Shown piece by piece: positions 39,703 through 49,496 of a DNA stretch of 64,000 nt. Under the pieces are notes generated by a model. The model did no database searches. It was not told where the DNA came from and saw only the letters and a program-made list of their open reading frames with translations. A program made the translations under genes and the position numbers. Source of the stretch: Patescibacteria group bacterium (lineage in GTDB: Bacteria > Patescibacteriota > Patescibacteriia > Buchananbacterales > UBA6539); contig JAQTYZ010000002.1 of the NCBI GenBank assembly GCA_028688055.1, positions 4,256 through 68,255 on the forward strand. The letters are read 5' to 3'. The first letter of the stretch is position 1; each line of letters starts with the position of its first letter.

Positions 39703-39993
39703 TTATTTGGCCGTCGGCACCATCATCGGCAGGTCACCAAGATTAGTTTGTTTTTCCTTAATCGTGTTATCATCCACAATCATTTTTTCCTTAGAAATAG
39801 CAATCACCTGGGACCGATCAATAATTAACTGCTGATGCCACAAACCCTGAATTAACCCAGTCTTAACATAATAGCGCATAACCACGACCACCTCGCCTTC
39901 AAATTCCAAATCAAACGAGCTGACCTTCCCTAAATTGCGACCGCCCTTGGTTTGAACCGGCAAATTTACTAGATCAATTGATGATATCGCCAT
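39703..39993 (-). CDS. PRC-barrel domain protein
   Basis: A ~95-aa beta-barrel-like sequence. Internal Met start chosen to avoid overlap with yidC. Confidence 0.4.
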   Translation of the reverse strand: MAISSIDLVNLPVQTKGGRNLGKVSSFDLEFEGEVVVVMRYYVKTGLIQGLWHQQLIIDRSQVIAISKEKMIVDDNTIKEKQTNLGDLPMMVPTAK

Positions 39994-39994
39994 A

Positions 39995-40741
39995 TTATTT
40001 ATTGGTATTGATGACCTCAACCTCGGGTTTTTTTAGTCTTTTTTTAAAAATCAATTCCTGCTGGGCCACGGTCAACAATGTTGTTAATAACCAATACAAA
40101 ATTAAGCCAGAAGGCCAGCTAATACCCAAGACAAAGGTCATAATTGGCATGAAGTACAACATTTGCTGATTCATAATTGTCATCATGTCTTCATCCTTAG
40201 CACCCGGTACCTTGGGCGGCCGCTTGACTGACATCATTTTGGTCTGCCAAAACTGAGCTAAACCGGTTAACGCCGCCAAAATTACATTTGGTTTAGAGAG
40301 ATCAAAAAATCCTAACGAAATCGGGTTTAATTGCCCCGGATTCTGGACAAAAGGGTAGAGTAAATTAAGACTATCTGAATGCAAACCACTGCTAAAAACC
40401 TGGTAAACGGCTAGTAAAAATGGCAGTTGAATTAATAATGGCAAACACGAAGACAGGGGATTAACCTTTTCGCTTTTATAAAGCTCCATGGTTTCTTTAG
40501 CGAGCTTTTCTTTGTCGTTTTTATGTAGTTTTTTTAAAGCCTCCATTTTTGGCTGCAGTTCCTGCAAGGCTTTTTGCGACTTGATTGATTGACTGGCCAA
40601 CGGATACAAAATTAAACGGATAATAACGGTTAAAATCACAATTGCCACCCCTAAATCATGCCCCGGCACGACATTATATAGTACCACCAAAGCGTTTAAC
40701 AGCGGCTGAAACAAAATGACGTTAAAAAGTTGTCCAATCAT
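39995..40741 (-). CDS. yidC: membrane protein insertase YidC (short form)
   Basis: ILYPL...QPKMEALKKLHKNDKEKLAKETMELYKSEKVNPLSSCLP. Confidence 0.85.
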   Translation of the reverse strand: MIGQLFNVILFQPLLNALVVLYNVVPGHDLGVAIVILTVIIRLILYPLASQSIKSQKALQELQPKMEALKKLHKNDKEKLAKETMELYKSEKVNPLSSCLPLLIQLPFLLAVYQVFSSGLHSDSLNLLYPFVQNPGQLNPISLGFFDLSKPNVILAALTGLAQFWQTKMMSVKRPPKVPGAKDEDMMTIMNQQMLYFMPIMTFVLGISWPSGLILYWLLTTLLTVAQQELIFKKRLKKPEVEVINTNK

Positions 40742-40754
40742 TTGATAATTTTAG

Positions 40755-41009
40755 TTATTTAACGGGGTCGTTGCCGCCGTGATTCCACGGATTACAACGC
40801 ATTACTCGCCAGATGGCCATTAAACCACCCTTAACCACGCCGTACTTTTCAATGGCTTGGTAGCCATACTCCGAACAAGTCGGGTTAAAGCGGCAGTAGC
40901 CGTTGGGGAAGAGGTGTCGAAAAATACCGTGGTCAAATGACAGCGTTTTCTGATAAAGCCGAAGGAGCTGCAAAACCAACATTTTAATTTGTAATTTTAA
41001 AAAACTCAT
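40755..41009 (-). CDS. yidD: membrane protein insertion efficiency factor YidD
   Basis: CRFNPTCSEYGYQAIEKYG...GGLMAIWRVMRCNPWNHGG. Confidence 0.8.
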   Translation of the reverse strand: MSFLKLQIKMLVLQLLRLYQKTLSFDHGIFRHLFPNGYCRFNPTCSEYGYQAIEKYGVVKGGLMAIWRVMRCNPWNHGGNDPVK

Positions 41010-41347
41010 TTTAGCAGTCTCGCTTTGGCCAAAAGTCCACCGACTTGATTTTCAAGCTCCCCAAACTCGGCGTCAATGGCGCGGCCACTGGCATAGAAAA
41101 CCAGATCAGCACCAGGCTTAATTTCCGCAAAATTTAAACGAATAATTTCCGCCAGTCTTCTTTTGACTCGATTTCTAACCGTGGCTTTCTTACTAACTCG
41201 GGTCGATACAACCACGGCGCAACGAGCGACGGGGAGGTTATTGGCCACGAATTTTAATTTTAAAAACGGGGAATAGCATGATCGCCCCGCAGAGTTGATC
41301 TTTTTAAAATCCCTGGCTCGGCTTAAGCGCTGGGTGGCCTTAAGCAT
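41006..41347 (-). CDS. rnpA: RNase P protein component
   Basis: RLSRARDFKKI...VVVSTRVSKKATVRNRVKRRLAE. Confidence 0.85.
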   Translation of the reverse strand: MLKATQRLSRARDFKKINSAGRSCYSPFLKLKFVANNLPVARCAVVVSTRVSKKATVRNRVKRRLAEIIRLNFAEIKPGADLVFYASGRAIDAEFGELENQVGGLLAKARLLK

Positions 41348-41349
41348 AA

Positions 41350-41487
41350 TTAAAGAGATAATTTAGCTCTTTTTTTTGCGCGACGGCGCTTCAAAACTTT
41401 TTTTCCGCCCACTGTGGCGGCACGCTTACGAAAACCGTGTTTTTTTTGCGCTCGTCTTTTGTTAGGTTGATATGTTCTTTTAGGCAT
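41350..41487 (-). CDS. rpmH: 50S ribosomal protein L34 (missed by the ORF track because it is under 60 aa)
   Basis: Manual translation gives [45 protein letters not shown]. Confidence 0.85.
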   Translation of the reverse strand: MPKRTYQPNKRRAQKKHGFRKRAATVGGKKVLKRRRAKKRAKLSL

Positions 41488-41704
41488 AGATGTTTTTATT
41501 ACTCCTACATAATATCAGCATTTTTCGGCCGAGTCAAAGGTCTTGACCGATCTTAATTAGAGGTTTAAATTGTTATACACAGCTAGTTAACACCTTGATA
41601 ACACTTTGACTACTTTTAGCATAACCTGTTAATACTGTTGACGTGTTATAATAACCCCGCATTTAATTATTTGCTCGATGAGGGCATAAATCCGCATTAA
41701 CGAT
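41488..41704 (+). promoter_or_regulatory. dnaA upstream region
   Basis: TGtTATAAT extended -10 at ~41643-41651. TTATACACA (one mismatch to TTATCCACA) at ~41572-41580. Confidence 0.35.
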
Positions 41705-43066
41705 ATGGAGGAACAAAAAATTTGGCAAGCGGCACTTGGTGAACTCGAGCTAACTTTAAGTCGAGCTAACTTTACGACCTGGTTTAAAAACACCTTCATT
41801 ACCGAACGAACGGAAGAAATGGTAATTATTGCTGTACCCAACACTTTTACCAAAGCCTGGCTCGAAAAAAAATACCATTCGGCCATTTTGAGGGCCTTAC
41901 AAAAAATTACCAGCAACAAAATAAAATCAATCGTTTACCGAGTTGAAACAGTTTTAAAAATCCAGGAAGAGGTCGTGCTCGAAACTGCCGAAGCCCAGCC
42001 CCAGCTGTCACGGCCCGAGCCTGTCCCGTCAGTCGCGGCTAATGAATTTGGAATCAACCCGCGCTATCGCTTTGACAACTATGTTATTGGCAAGGGTAAT
42101 GAACTCGCTCAAGCGGCTAGTATCGCCGTCACCCAAAAACCAGGTAACGTTTATAACCCGTTATTCATTTATGGCGGCGTTGGCCTTGGTAAAACCCACT
42201 TAATGCAAGCCGTTGGCAACGAAATTTTAAAATTATGGCCGGGCAAAAAAGTTTTATATGTCTCCTGCGAAAAATTTACCAATGACTTTATTAAATCAAT
42301 CTCTTCCAACCGAGCGGACCGTTTTAAAGACACTTATCGCTCCGTTGATGTTTTACTCATTGATGACATTCAATTTTTAGCTGGCAAAGAGGGTACTCAA
42401 GAAGCCTTTTTCCACACCTTTAATGATCTCCACCAAGCCAATAAACAGGTAGTCATCACTTCGGACCGGCCGCCCAAGGCGATCCCGGCCCTGGAAAGCC
42501 GCCTAGAGTCTCGCTTTGAATGGGGGATGATTGCTGACATTTCCAGTCCTGACTTGGAAACCCGGGCCGCCATTTTAAAAACTAAATGCGCCGAAAAAGG
42601 CTATCGACTAAGTGACGAGGTTATCACTTATATTGCCACGAATATTCAAAATAATGTTCGCGAGCTAGAGGGCGCCCTCAATAAAGTAATGGCCTACAAC
42701 CAACTAAATGGCACGGAGCCAAACCTTGAAAACGTAAAAAAAATCATTGGTTCGCTAGCCGCTGGGATTCGTAAAAAATCAATTACCCCAAAACAAATCA
42801 TTAATATTGTGGCCGAATTTTATGATATTGCACTTGATGACCTACTGGGCAGTTGCCGCAAAAAAAACCTTGCGCTACCTAGGCAAATTGTGATGTACCT
42901 AATGCGCGAGGAGCTTAAAAGTTCTTACCCTTCAATTGGTTTAGAGATTGGTAAGCGCGACCACACTACCGCCATGCACGCTCACGTAAAAATTTCCAAC
43001 TGCATTGATGACGATGAAAAAATTAACCAGGATATTAAATTAATTAAAGAAAAACTTTACAACTAA
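41705..43066 (+). CDS. dnaA: chromosomal replication initiator DnaA
   Basis: N-terminus WQAALGELELTLSRANFTTWF. AAA+ GGVGLGKTHL. C-terminal DnaA-box binding domain. Confidence 0.95.
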   Translation: MEEQKIWQAALGELELTLSRANFTTWFKNTFITERTEEMVIIAVPNTFTKAWLEKKYHSAILRALQKITSNKIKSIVYRVETVLKIQEEVVLETAEAQPQLSRPEPVPSVAANEFGINPRYRFDNYVIGKGNELAQAASIAVTQKPGNVYNPLFIYGGVGLGKTHLMQAVGNEILKLWPGKKVLYVSCEKFTNDFIKSISSNRADRFKDTYRSVDVLLIDDIQFLAGKEGTQEAFFHTFNDLHQANKQVVITSDRPPKAIPALESRLESRFEWGMIADISSPDLETRAAILKTKCAEKGYRLSDEVITYIATNIQNNVRELEGALNKVMAYNQLNGTEPNLENVKKIIGSLAAGIRKKSITPKQIINIVAEFYDIALDDLLGSCRKKNLALPRQIVMYLMREELKSSYPSIGLEIGKRDHTTAMHAHVKISNCIDDDEKINQDIKLIKEKLYN

Positions 43067-43324
43067 CTGGGGACACTTTGTTAATAATAAGTTGTTTTTT
43101 TAGGACAACTCATGGGACAACTCATGGGAAAAGCTCCGACCAAAAAGTTAATAAAAAAATGACCAAAAAAAACAGTCCTTTTTGTACCACCCCCATTCAC
43201 ACCTTTCAACAATTTAATTAACAGCTGTTTATAAAAAAATTAGCTAACTAAAGCAAATAAAAAACGTTATCCCCTCTATCCACACCCTTATTAATACTAT
43301 TAATATATAAATATATATAAATTT
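43067..43324. other. candidate oriC in the dnaA-dnaN intergenic region
   Basis: cTATCCACAc DnaA-box-like site at ~43276. A ggacaactcatg tandem. A 40-nt AT-only tract immediately before dnaN, a possible DUE. Confidence 0.4.
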
Positions 43325-44473
43325 ATGAAAATCTCCTGCACCCAAGAAAATCTCAACCAAGGACTTTTCGTTGTTAGCCATCTTGCATCTAAAAATAGTG
43401 CCTTACCAATTCTTAATAATATTTTAATTAAAGCTCAAGAAAATAGTATTAAGTTGTCGGCCACTAATTTAGAAATTGGAGTTACTTGTGAAATTAGGGG
43501 TAAAGTTGAAATGGAGGGAGATTTTACGGTGCAATCTAAGCTACTAGCTGATTATGTAAATTTATTACCAAAAGAAAGAATTGATTTACTGGTCACCGAT
43601 CAGGATGGTCAAAATCCATTACTTAACATTGAGTGTAAAAATTATTCAACAAAAATAAACGGTCAGGGGGCTACGGAGTTTCCGCTAATTCCGCAAATTA
43701 GTCGCGTTCATTCATATTCCGTTGATAGTCAAGCGTTAAGGCAGGCAATTAGTCAGGTTATCTTTGCCGTTTCCATTAGTGAAACTAGACCGGAAATCAA
43801 CGGCGTTATGTTTAGTCTATCCCCAAGTGAATTAATTTTGGCGGCAACCGACGGTTACCGGTTAGCGGAAAAAACTATTAAACTAGACGGTAAATCAAAA
43901 GGAGGAGACCAACAGGTGATTGTACCAACTAGAACCCTTCAGGAATTACAACGCATTTTGGGAAGTTTTAAAGATCCCGCCGCGATTTCTGATTTGAAAA
44001 ATATTGATATCTATCTCGCCGAGAATCAAGTCTTATTTAGTTTTGGTGGGATCGAATTAATTTCGCGACTAGTGGAGGGGCAGTATCCCGATTATCGCCA
44101 AATAATCCCGCAACAATCAACAACTAAAATAGTTTTGAGTACCGCTGATCTTATTAGTGCCGCTAAGACGGCCAGCCTTTTTGCCAGAAGTGGTATTTAT
44201 GATATAAATTTGAGTTTTTCATCAACCAAAAAAGAAGCAACTGTTGGGGCAATTAATAACCAATTAGGAGAAAATGAGTCAACATTAAGTGCGGATATTT
44301 CCGGGAGTGATAATGATATTGTGGTTAATTATCGCTACTTATTGGATGCTTTACAAAATATTAATTCTGACCAAGTTGAAATAAAATTAATCGACAGCGG
44401 CAGTCCTTGTGCGCTTCGTCCCGCTGGAGCGAGTAGTGACTATATTTATATTATTATGCCAATCCGTCGCTAA
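43325..44473 (+). CDS. dnaN: DNA polymerase III beta sliding clamp
   Basis: MKISCTQENLNQGLFVVSHLASKNSALPILNNILIKAQE. Confidence 0.9.
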   Translation: MKISCTQENLNQGLFVVSHLASKNSALPILNNILIKAQENSIKLSATNLEIGVTCEIRGKVEMEGDFTVQSKLLADYVNLLPKERIDLLVTDQDGQNPLLNIECKNYSTKINGQGATEFPLIPQISRVHSYSVDSQALRQAISQVIFAVSISETRPEINGVMFSLSPSELILAATDGYRLAEKTIKLDGKSKGGDQQVIVPTRTLQELQRILGSFKDPAAISDLKNIDIYLAENQVLFSFGGIELISRLVEGQYPDYRQIIPQQSTTKIVLSTADLISAAKTASLFARSGIYDINLSFSSTKKEATVGAINNQLGENESTLSADISGSDNDIVVNYRYLLDALQNINSDQVEIKLIDSGSPCALRPAGASSDYIYIIMPIRR

Positions 44474-44491
44474 ACGATTAACGATAAATTA

Positions 44492-44531
44492 TAAAAAAAA
44501 TACCACCAAGGGTTTGGCGGTATTTTTTTGT
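44492..44531. terminator. bidirectional terminator between dnaN and the PBP gene
   Basis: A8-taccacc...ggcggta-T7. Confidence 0.6.
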
Positions 44532-44550
44532 TTTAAGTTGATAATGTAAA

Positions 44551-47421
44551 TTATTTTACCGTGACGGTTGGCCCGTTTACCTTGAAAGAGTAGCCGTCCT
44601 TGTCGGTAATTATTAAATATATTTGATATGAACCAGCGGCTGGTGGCGTTTGCCACTGAGATACTATTTGATTATTTAGTATTTGTCTCACCGTATTAAT
44701 CGGAGTTGCTTGATTATTAGTGCCTGAGTAATAAATCTCAACTTGATTAATGTCGTTGTTGTTTTCAACCGAACCCTTAATGGTCAGTGGGAAGTTTTTT
44801 GCCCGTAGGGTTTGATTATTAGTGGGGGACACCCAGTTAATTTTGGTGGCGTCGTTGCTAAATTGCAGCTTGATGTTAATTTCTGTCGCGGCGGTAGCGC
44901 CACTTGAATCAACAATCGTTGCCTTAAGGATGGCTTGCCCGTTGGCTATTGCTGGGCTAGTTAAATTAACATTTAGTCGGTAAGGTGCGGTTGTTATTGA
45001 ACTAATTAATTCGTCATTTAGGTAATATTGAACCCGCATGATGTTAGTTGGCGAATAGGTATTAACATCGGCGGTAAGCTGTCGGTTAGTAATTGTTTCG
45101 CCATCAGCTGGTGAGGTAAAAGTAATTGTTGGCTGGCTGGGGTTGGTGGTACCATCGTCGTATTCGGTAGGCGGATCTTGGGAGACGATGTTGTTGGCTT
45201 TTGCCCAGGCCTGAACCCCGTCTTCCCACCTTTGATATTGTTGGTCATTTAAGTCAGGGGCGGTGTTACCCTGAGGGTCAGTCTTATTAATGTAGAATAA
45301 AATGTTATGTACCTGCCGATAGGTCCGTTCTTCAACCAAGTCGTTTGGCGTCAGGTTGGTTGCTAATTTTCCGTTCAGCCGGTTTATTTTAACTGTAATA
45401 CCATTTATGATGCTGCCGTTTAAAACTGGTTTATCGGTTTGAACTGGGTCGGGTGCGGTGAAGTTTTCAATTGGAGTGTCACCTAAAACCTTGGCCATAA
45501 ATTCGTGCCAAATCGGAGCGGCCACGACACTGCCATCTGCCCCGCGTTTCATCGGTTCATTGCGCGTGTTGCCAACCCAGACTCCCGCCGCTAACGAAGG
45601 AGTAAAACCAATAGTCCAAGCGTCATGATAGTCATTGGTGGTGCCGGTTTTGGTCGCCACCGGACGATTACCCAAATTTAAATAATTGCTGGCCCCAAAG
45701 ACATAGGCCCTAGCGCCGTTATCCGACATCATCTGGTTCATTTGTCTGGCAACCTGAGTGGAAATTACTTTCTTTTCTTCCGGTTGAAATTCTTCCAGGA
45801 CGTTTCCATCCTTGTCTTCAACTTTTAGAATTACGGCTGGGGCATGCCACTCACCTTCGCGCGCGAAGGTCGCATACGCGTTGACGTGTTCAAGTAGTTT
45901 AACTTCGGCGCCACCCAAAACTAGCGATAAGCCAAAGCGACTTCGGTCGGTTAAGGTTGAATAGCCTAAGTTGTTGGCAAAGTTGATGATATTGTCGATG
46001 CCAGCTAGATAGCTAGCCTTAACCGCCGGGATATTTAATGATCCGGCCAGCGCTTTAGCCAGCGTCACTGGTCCTCGTTCTTTTAAATCATAATCACGCG
46101 GGGTATAGTCGCGGCCATCATAGTTTTTGAAGTTTGTTATAACGTCGTACAATACGGTCTGCGGGGTGAAACCTTGGTTTAGAGCCGTGGCATACACAAT
46201 TGGTTTAAATGACGATCCTGGTTGCCGTGGTCGAATCGCAACGTTAACTTGTCCGTCGATATCGTCGTTAAAAAAATCGCGCGAACCTACCATACTTAAA
46301 ACTTGCCCAGTCTTTGGGTCAATGGCAACCATGGCGGCGTTATTGGCCTGCCATGTTTTTTCATTTTTATCGGCAAAATCATTAATGGCTTGCTCGGCTA
46401 AGTTTTGTTTATACATATCTAAGGTGGTAATCACCTTAAGCCCGCCTTGTTCGACTGCCAAGTCGCCATATTTTTCGGTTAAGTACTGTTTAACGTACAT
46501 CACAAAGTGGGGGGCCACGATGGTGTCGTTACTTTTTTGGAATTTAATGGTTTCTTCACTTGCTTGCTTCGCCTGATCTTTAGTGATAAAGCCAGCGTCG
46601 GCCATACCATTTAAAATAAATTTTTGCCTGGCCAATAAATCGTCTTTATTGGGGCCGTAGGGGGAATAGTACGTTGGCGCTCTGGGGATGGCGGCCAAAA
46701 TCGCGCCCTCGGCCAAGTTGACATCTTTGATATTTTTACCAAAGTAGGTCTGCGCCGCCGCCCCGATACCATAGGCGGTTGAGCCATAAGGGATTTCGTT
46801 AAAATACATTTTTAATATTTCATCTTTGGTAAATTTTTTCTCAATTTGGTAAGAAATAATTACTTCTTTAATTTTTCGGGTAAAGGTTTTTTCCGGAGAC
46901 AGGATCGCATTTTTTACCAGTTGTTGGGTTAGGGTTGAACCGCCCTGGACTTTTCCACCCTTGATAATATCGACGATGGCTGAGCGCAGGATACCAGTTA
47001 AACTAAAACCTTGGTGCTGGTAGAAATTTTTGTCTTCCGCTGTTAGGGTGGCCTGTTTAACGTATTCTGGGATGGCGGCAAGCTCGACGACGGTTCTTTT
47101 TTCATTGCCGTGAACGTCGTAAAGAAGGGTTTCGCCCGTTCGGTCATAGATTTTGGTGCTAAGCGCAATTGAGCGGTCAATAATTCGATTGGGGTTTGGT
47201 AAATCTTTAGCGATCCAAGCTAACAAAATAATGCTAAAAATTCCACCCCCGGCCACGAGTATTGCTAAAGCGATTAAAGCACGCTTAGCAGTATTGGCTG
47301 GCAGTTTGAACTTGGGTTTTTTGGGGCGGCCTGACATTATTGGCAAGCGTCGTTTATTGGCGTGATTGTTGCGCCACGATTGTGGCGACGATGTTTTGAC
47401 TAATAGTCCGGGTATTGGCAT
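44551..47421 (-). CDS. class A penicillin-binding protein (GT51 transglycosylase plus transpeptidase) with a ~300-aa C-terminal Ig-like extension
   Basis: EDKNFYQHQG and GGSTLTQQ (GT51). SFKP and KTGTT (TP). N-terminal TM. The start is probably the internal MSGRPKK. Confidence 0.9.
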   Translation of the reverse strand: MPIPGLLVKTSSPQSWRNNHANKRRLPIMSGRPKKPKFKLPANTAKRALIALAILVAGGGIFSIILLAWIAKDLPNPNRIIDRSIALSTKIYDRTGETLLYDVHGNEKRTVVELAAIPEYVKQATLTAEDKNFYQHQGFSLTGILRSAIVDIIKGGKVQGGSTLTQQLVKNAILSPEKTFTRKIKEVIISYQIEKKFTKDEILKMYFNEIPYGSTAYGIGAAAQTYFGKNIKDVNLAEGAILAAIPRAPTYYSPYGPNKDDLLARQKFILNGMADAGFITKDQAKQASEETIKFQKSNDTIVAPHFVMYVKQYLTEKYGDLAVEQGGLKVITTLDMYKQNLAEQAINDFADKNEKTWQANNAAMVAIDPKTGQVLSMVGSRDFFNDDIDGQVNVAIRPRQPGSSFKPIVYATALNQGFTPQTVLYDVITNFKNYDGRDYTPRDYDLKERGPVTLAKALAGSLNIPAVKASYLAGIDNIINFANNLGYSTLTDRSRFGLSLVLGGAEVKLLEHVNAYATFAREGEWHAPAVILKVEDKDGNVLEEFQPEEKKVISTQVARQMNQMMSDNGARAYVFGASNYLNLGNRPVATKTGTTNDYHDAWTIGFTPSLAAGVWVGNTRNEPMKRGADGSVVAAPIWHEFMAKVLGDTPIENFTAPDPVQTDKPVLNGSIINGITVKINRLNGKLATNLTPNDLVEERTYRQVHNILFYINKTDPQGNTAPDLNDQQYQRWEDGVQAWAKANNIVSQDPPTEYDDGTTNPSQPTITFTSPADGETITNRQLTADVNTYSPTNIMRVQYYLNDELISSITTAPYRLNVNLTSPAIANGQAILKATIVDSSGATAATEINIKLQFSNDATKINWVSPTNNQTLRAKNFPLTIKGSVENNNDINQVEIYYSGTNNQATPINTVRQILNNQIVSQWQTPPAAGSYQIYLIITDKDGYSFKVNGPTVTVK

Positions 47422-47453
47422 AGGTTGGTATTATTTTGAAGACAGCGAAGACA

Positions 47454-48014
47454 TTAACTAACTTTTTTTATGAACACTTTAAAATTTTTAGCAAGCTGGT
47501 GGGCTGCGAAGTTCATATCAAAATGATGGACTGGCAGTTGATATTCTAAGGCTAATTGTTCCTGTTGCTGCGGAAATGGACGATCAAATTTCTCCCCCAA
47601 ATATTCTGGGGATGGGTATAACCTATTTCTAGTTTTAACATTTTTTGCTCTCAATAGTGCGCGTTTGATGCAGACGTCCTTAACGAGCTCGCAGAGTACG
47701 ATCTCAACTTTTTTTAGCCGATTAATTTCAGCAAGTCGTGATATCACCAGCTCTGCGTAATTTGTCCCATATTCAACAATAATATCTCCAGTTGTCGAGG
47801 CCAGGTCGTTCAGTAACCCCTCATTCGCCAAACGTTTTTGCTCGTCGGTTAAGTTTCCGTTTTTATCTTTGTACTTTTCAATATAATCAAAGATGTCAAA
47901 AATTTTTAATTTTGGATTTTCTTTAACGATCGATTGGATCATCGTAGATTTTCCGCAACCCGGAAACCCAAACGTGGCGACTAGTAATGGTTTTTTGGTA
48001 TTATTTAAAGTCAT
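47454..48014 (-). CDS. P-loop NTPase/kinase-like protein
   Basis: GFPGCGKST Walker A at the N-terminus. Start overlaps the galT-like stop (ATGA). Confidence 0.5.
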   Translation of the reverse strand: MTLNNTKKPLLVATFGFPGCGKSTMIQSIVKENPKLKIFDIFDYIEKYKDKNGNLTDEQKRLANEGLLNDLASTTGDIIVEYGTNYAELVISRLAEINRLKKVEIVLCELVKDVCIKRALLRAKNVKTRNRLYPSPEYLGEKFDRPFPQQQEQLALEYQLPVHHFDMNFAAHQLAKNFKVFIKKVS

Positions 48015-48952
48015 TATTTTCGATAAAATTTAGCCGCTTCTTCGGGCGGAATCGGGTTAATAATCAACCCCGAGCCGATTTCGACGCCCGCCCAAACACT
48101 GCCGCGCGGTGTCACCTTCATGTAAAAATGTTGATCACGGTCATGAATGACTTGATGGAAGTAGTAGTTGTAAGGCAGATCAAGGTCGTTAATTTTGCCT
48201 AAGATTGATTTTAAAATTTTGGCGAAACTTACCCTTTCCTTGGCCGTCAGCAAACTGATGTTATCAACGTGCCGTTTAGGCATAATCCAAATTTCGTAGT
48301 TATGCAGTGACGCCCAGGGGCAAAAGGCAATGATGTTTTTATCCTCGGCAACGAGTCGGGGACTCTTTCTTTCCTTGCCAATCACATGGCAATAAACGCA
48401 GTCGCCGTACTTGAGGCGATGGTCCTGCATTTTTTGTGATTTGTCTTCCAGATGGGGCGGTAGGAATTGGGTGGCGAAAATTTGCGAGTGAGCGTGCTGC
48501 AGCGAGGCCCCGGCCGCGCCGCCGTTATTTTTAAAAATTAAAATGTAATTTATTTTTTTGTCTTTGGAAATGGCACTGGTTCGCTCGGCATAAACATTTA
48601 AGATTTCCGCAATTCTCGCCACCGGCAGCTCTTCAATTTCTTTGAGGTGGTCGGGGGTTTCAACAACAACCTCTTGGCGGCCATAAGCCTTCGGATTTGA
48701 CACGCTCACGGACGGGAAGCGGTTTTTTATAACCGCAATGGCCCACGGCTCATTAGCCTCAACGGTTTTTTTATCCAACTTAACAATTGTCCCGGCGCGC
48801 TGAATTTTTCCGGGACAAAAAATGCACTGCTCTTTTTTGGGCGGCGTAACACGGATTGGTTTTTCAATATCATGCGGTCGCCGCCCGCGGCGTGGCGCGA
48901 TGATGACGTATTTATCTTGGATATAATCTTTTCTCAGTTCGGATTTTTTCAT
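48014..48952 (-). CDS. galT: galactose-1-phosphate uridylyltransferase-like HIT-superfamily enzyme
   Basis: CIFCPG zinc motif. NGGAAGASLQHAHSQIF (HxHxQ). Second degenerate HIT half. Confidence 0.65.
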   Translation of the reverse strand: MKKSELRKDYIQDKYVIIAPRRGRRPHDIEKPIRVTPPKKEQCIFCPGKIQRAGTIVKLDKKTVEANEPWAIAVIKNRFPSVSVSNPKAYGRQEVVVETPDHLKEIEELPVARIAEILNVYAERTSAISKDKKINYILIFKNNGGAAGASLQHAHSQIFATQFLPPHLEDKSQKMQDHRLKYGDCVYCHVIGKERKSPRLVAEDKNIIAFCPWASLHNYEIWIMPKRHVDNISLLTAKERVSFAKILKSILGKINDLDLPYNYYFHQVIHDRDQHFYMKVTPRGSVWAGVEIGSGLIINPIPPEEAAKFYRK

Positions 48953-48992
48953 TTATTTGGTGATGTTATATTATTTTACCACGTTCTAACCA

Positions 48993-49496
48993 TTAATTCT
49001 TGGGATTAAGTTGATGGGCACAGCAGATTGCTGCCGCTAACGCATCAGCCGCGTCATCAGACTTTGGCGGTGTTGGTAAGTCTAAAACGATTTTTACCAT
49101 CTGTTGTATTTGTTTTTTATCGGCTTGACCATAGCTAGTCAGGGCCAGTTTGATCTGAATTGGGGTATACTCTTTAACATCAAGTTTTCGCTTGCCGGCC
49201 ACTACCATGACCACACCTCGAGCCTGGCTGACAATCATCGCGGTTTTAACATTTTTTGAAAAAAATAATTTTTCCACCACCATAACGGTTGGGCGGTATT
49301 TAACGATTAGGTGATCAAGCGAATTATAGATGTCCAAAAGTCGATCTTCGGTGGGTACTCCCGCTTTGGTTTTAATCGAACCATAGTCGATTACTGATAG
49401 TTTTGGGCCTTCTTTTTTAATTAAACCGAAGCCGGTGTCAGCGATGCCAGGGTCAACCCCTAAAATAATTATGGATTTTTTTTTAGATGTCGGCAT
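48993..49496 (-). CDS. ruvC: Holliday junction resolvase RuvC
   Basis: IILGVDPGIADTGFGLI. Confidence 0.85.
   Translation of the reverse strand: MPTSKKKSIIILGVDPGIADTGFGLIKKEGPKLSVIDYGSIKTKAGVPTEDRLLDIYNSLDHLIVKYRPTVMVVEKLFFSKNVKTAMIVSQARGVVMVVAGKRKLDVKEYTPIQIKLALTSYGQADKKQIQQMVKIVLDLPTPPKSDDAADALAAAICCAHQLNPKN

Noticed and set aside
43105-43135. ggacaactcatgggacaactcatggga tandem, considered as a CRISPR or mobile-element signature
   Set aside because: Only two 12-bp copies with no spacers. Better explained as an oriC or regulatory direct repeat.
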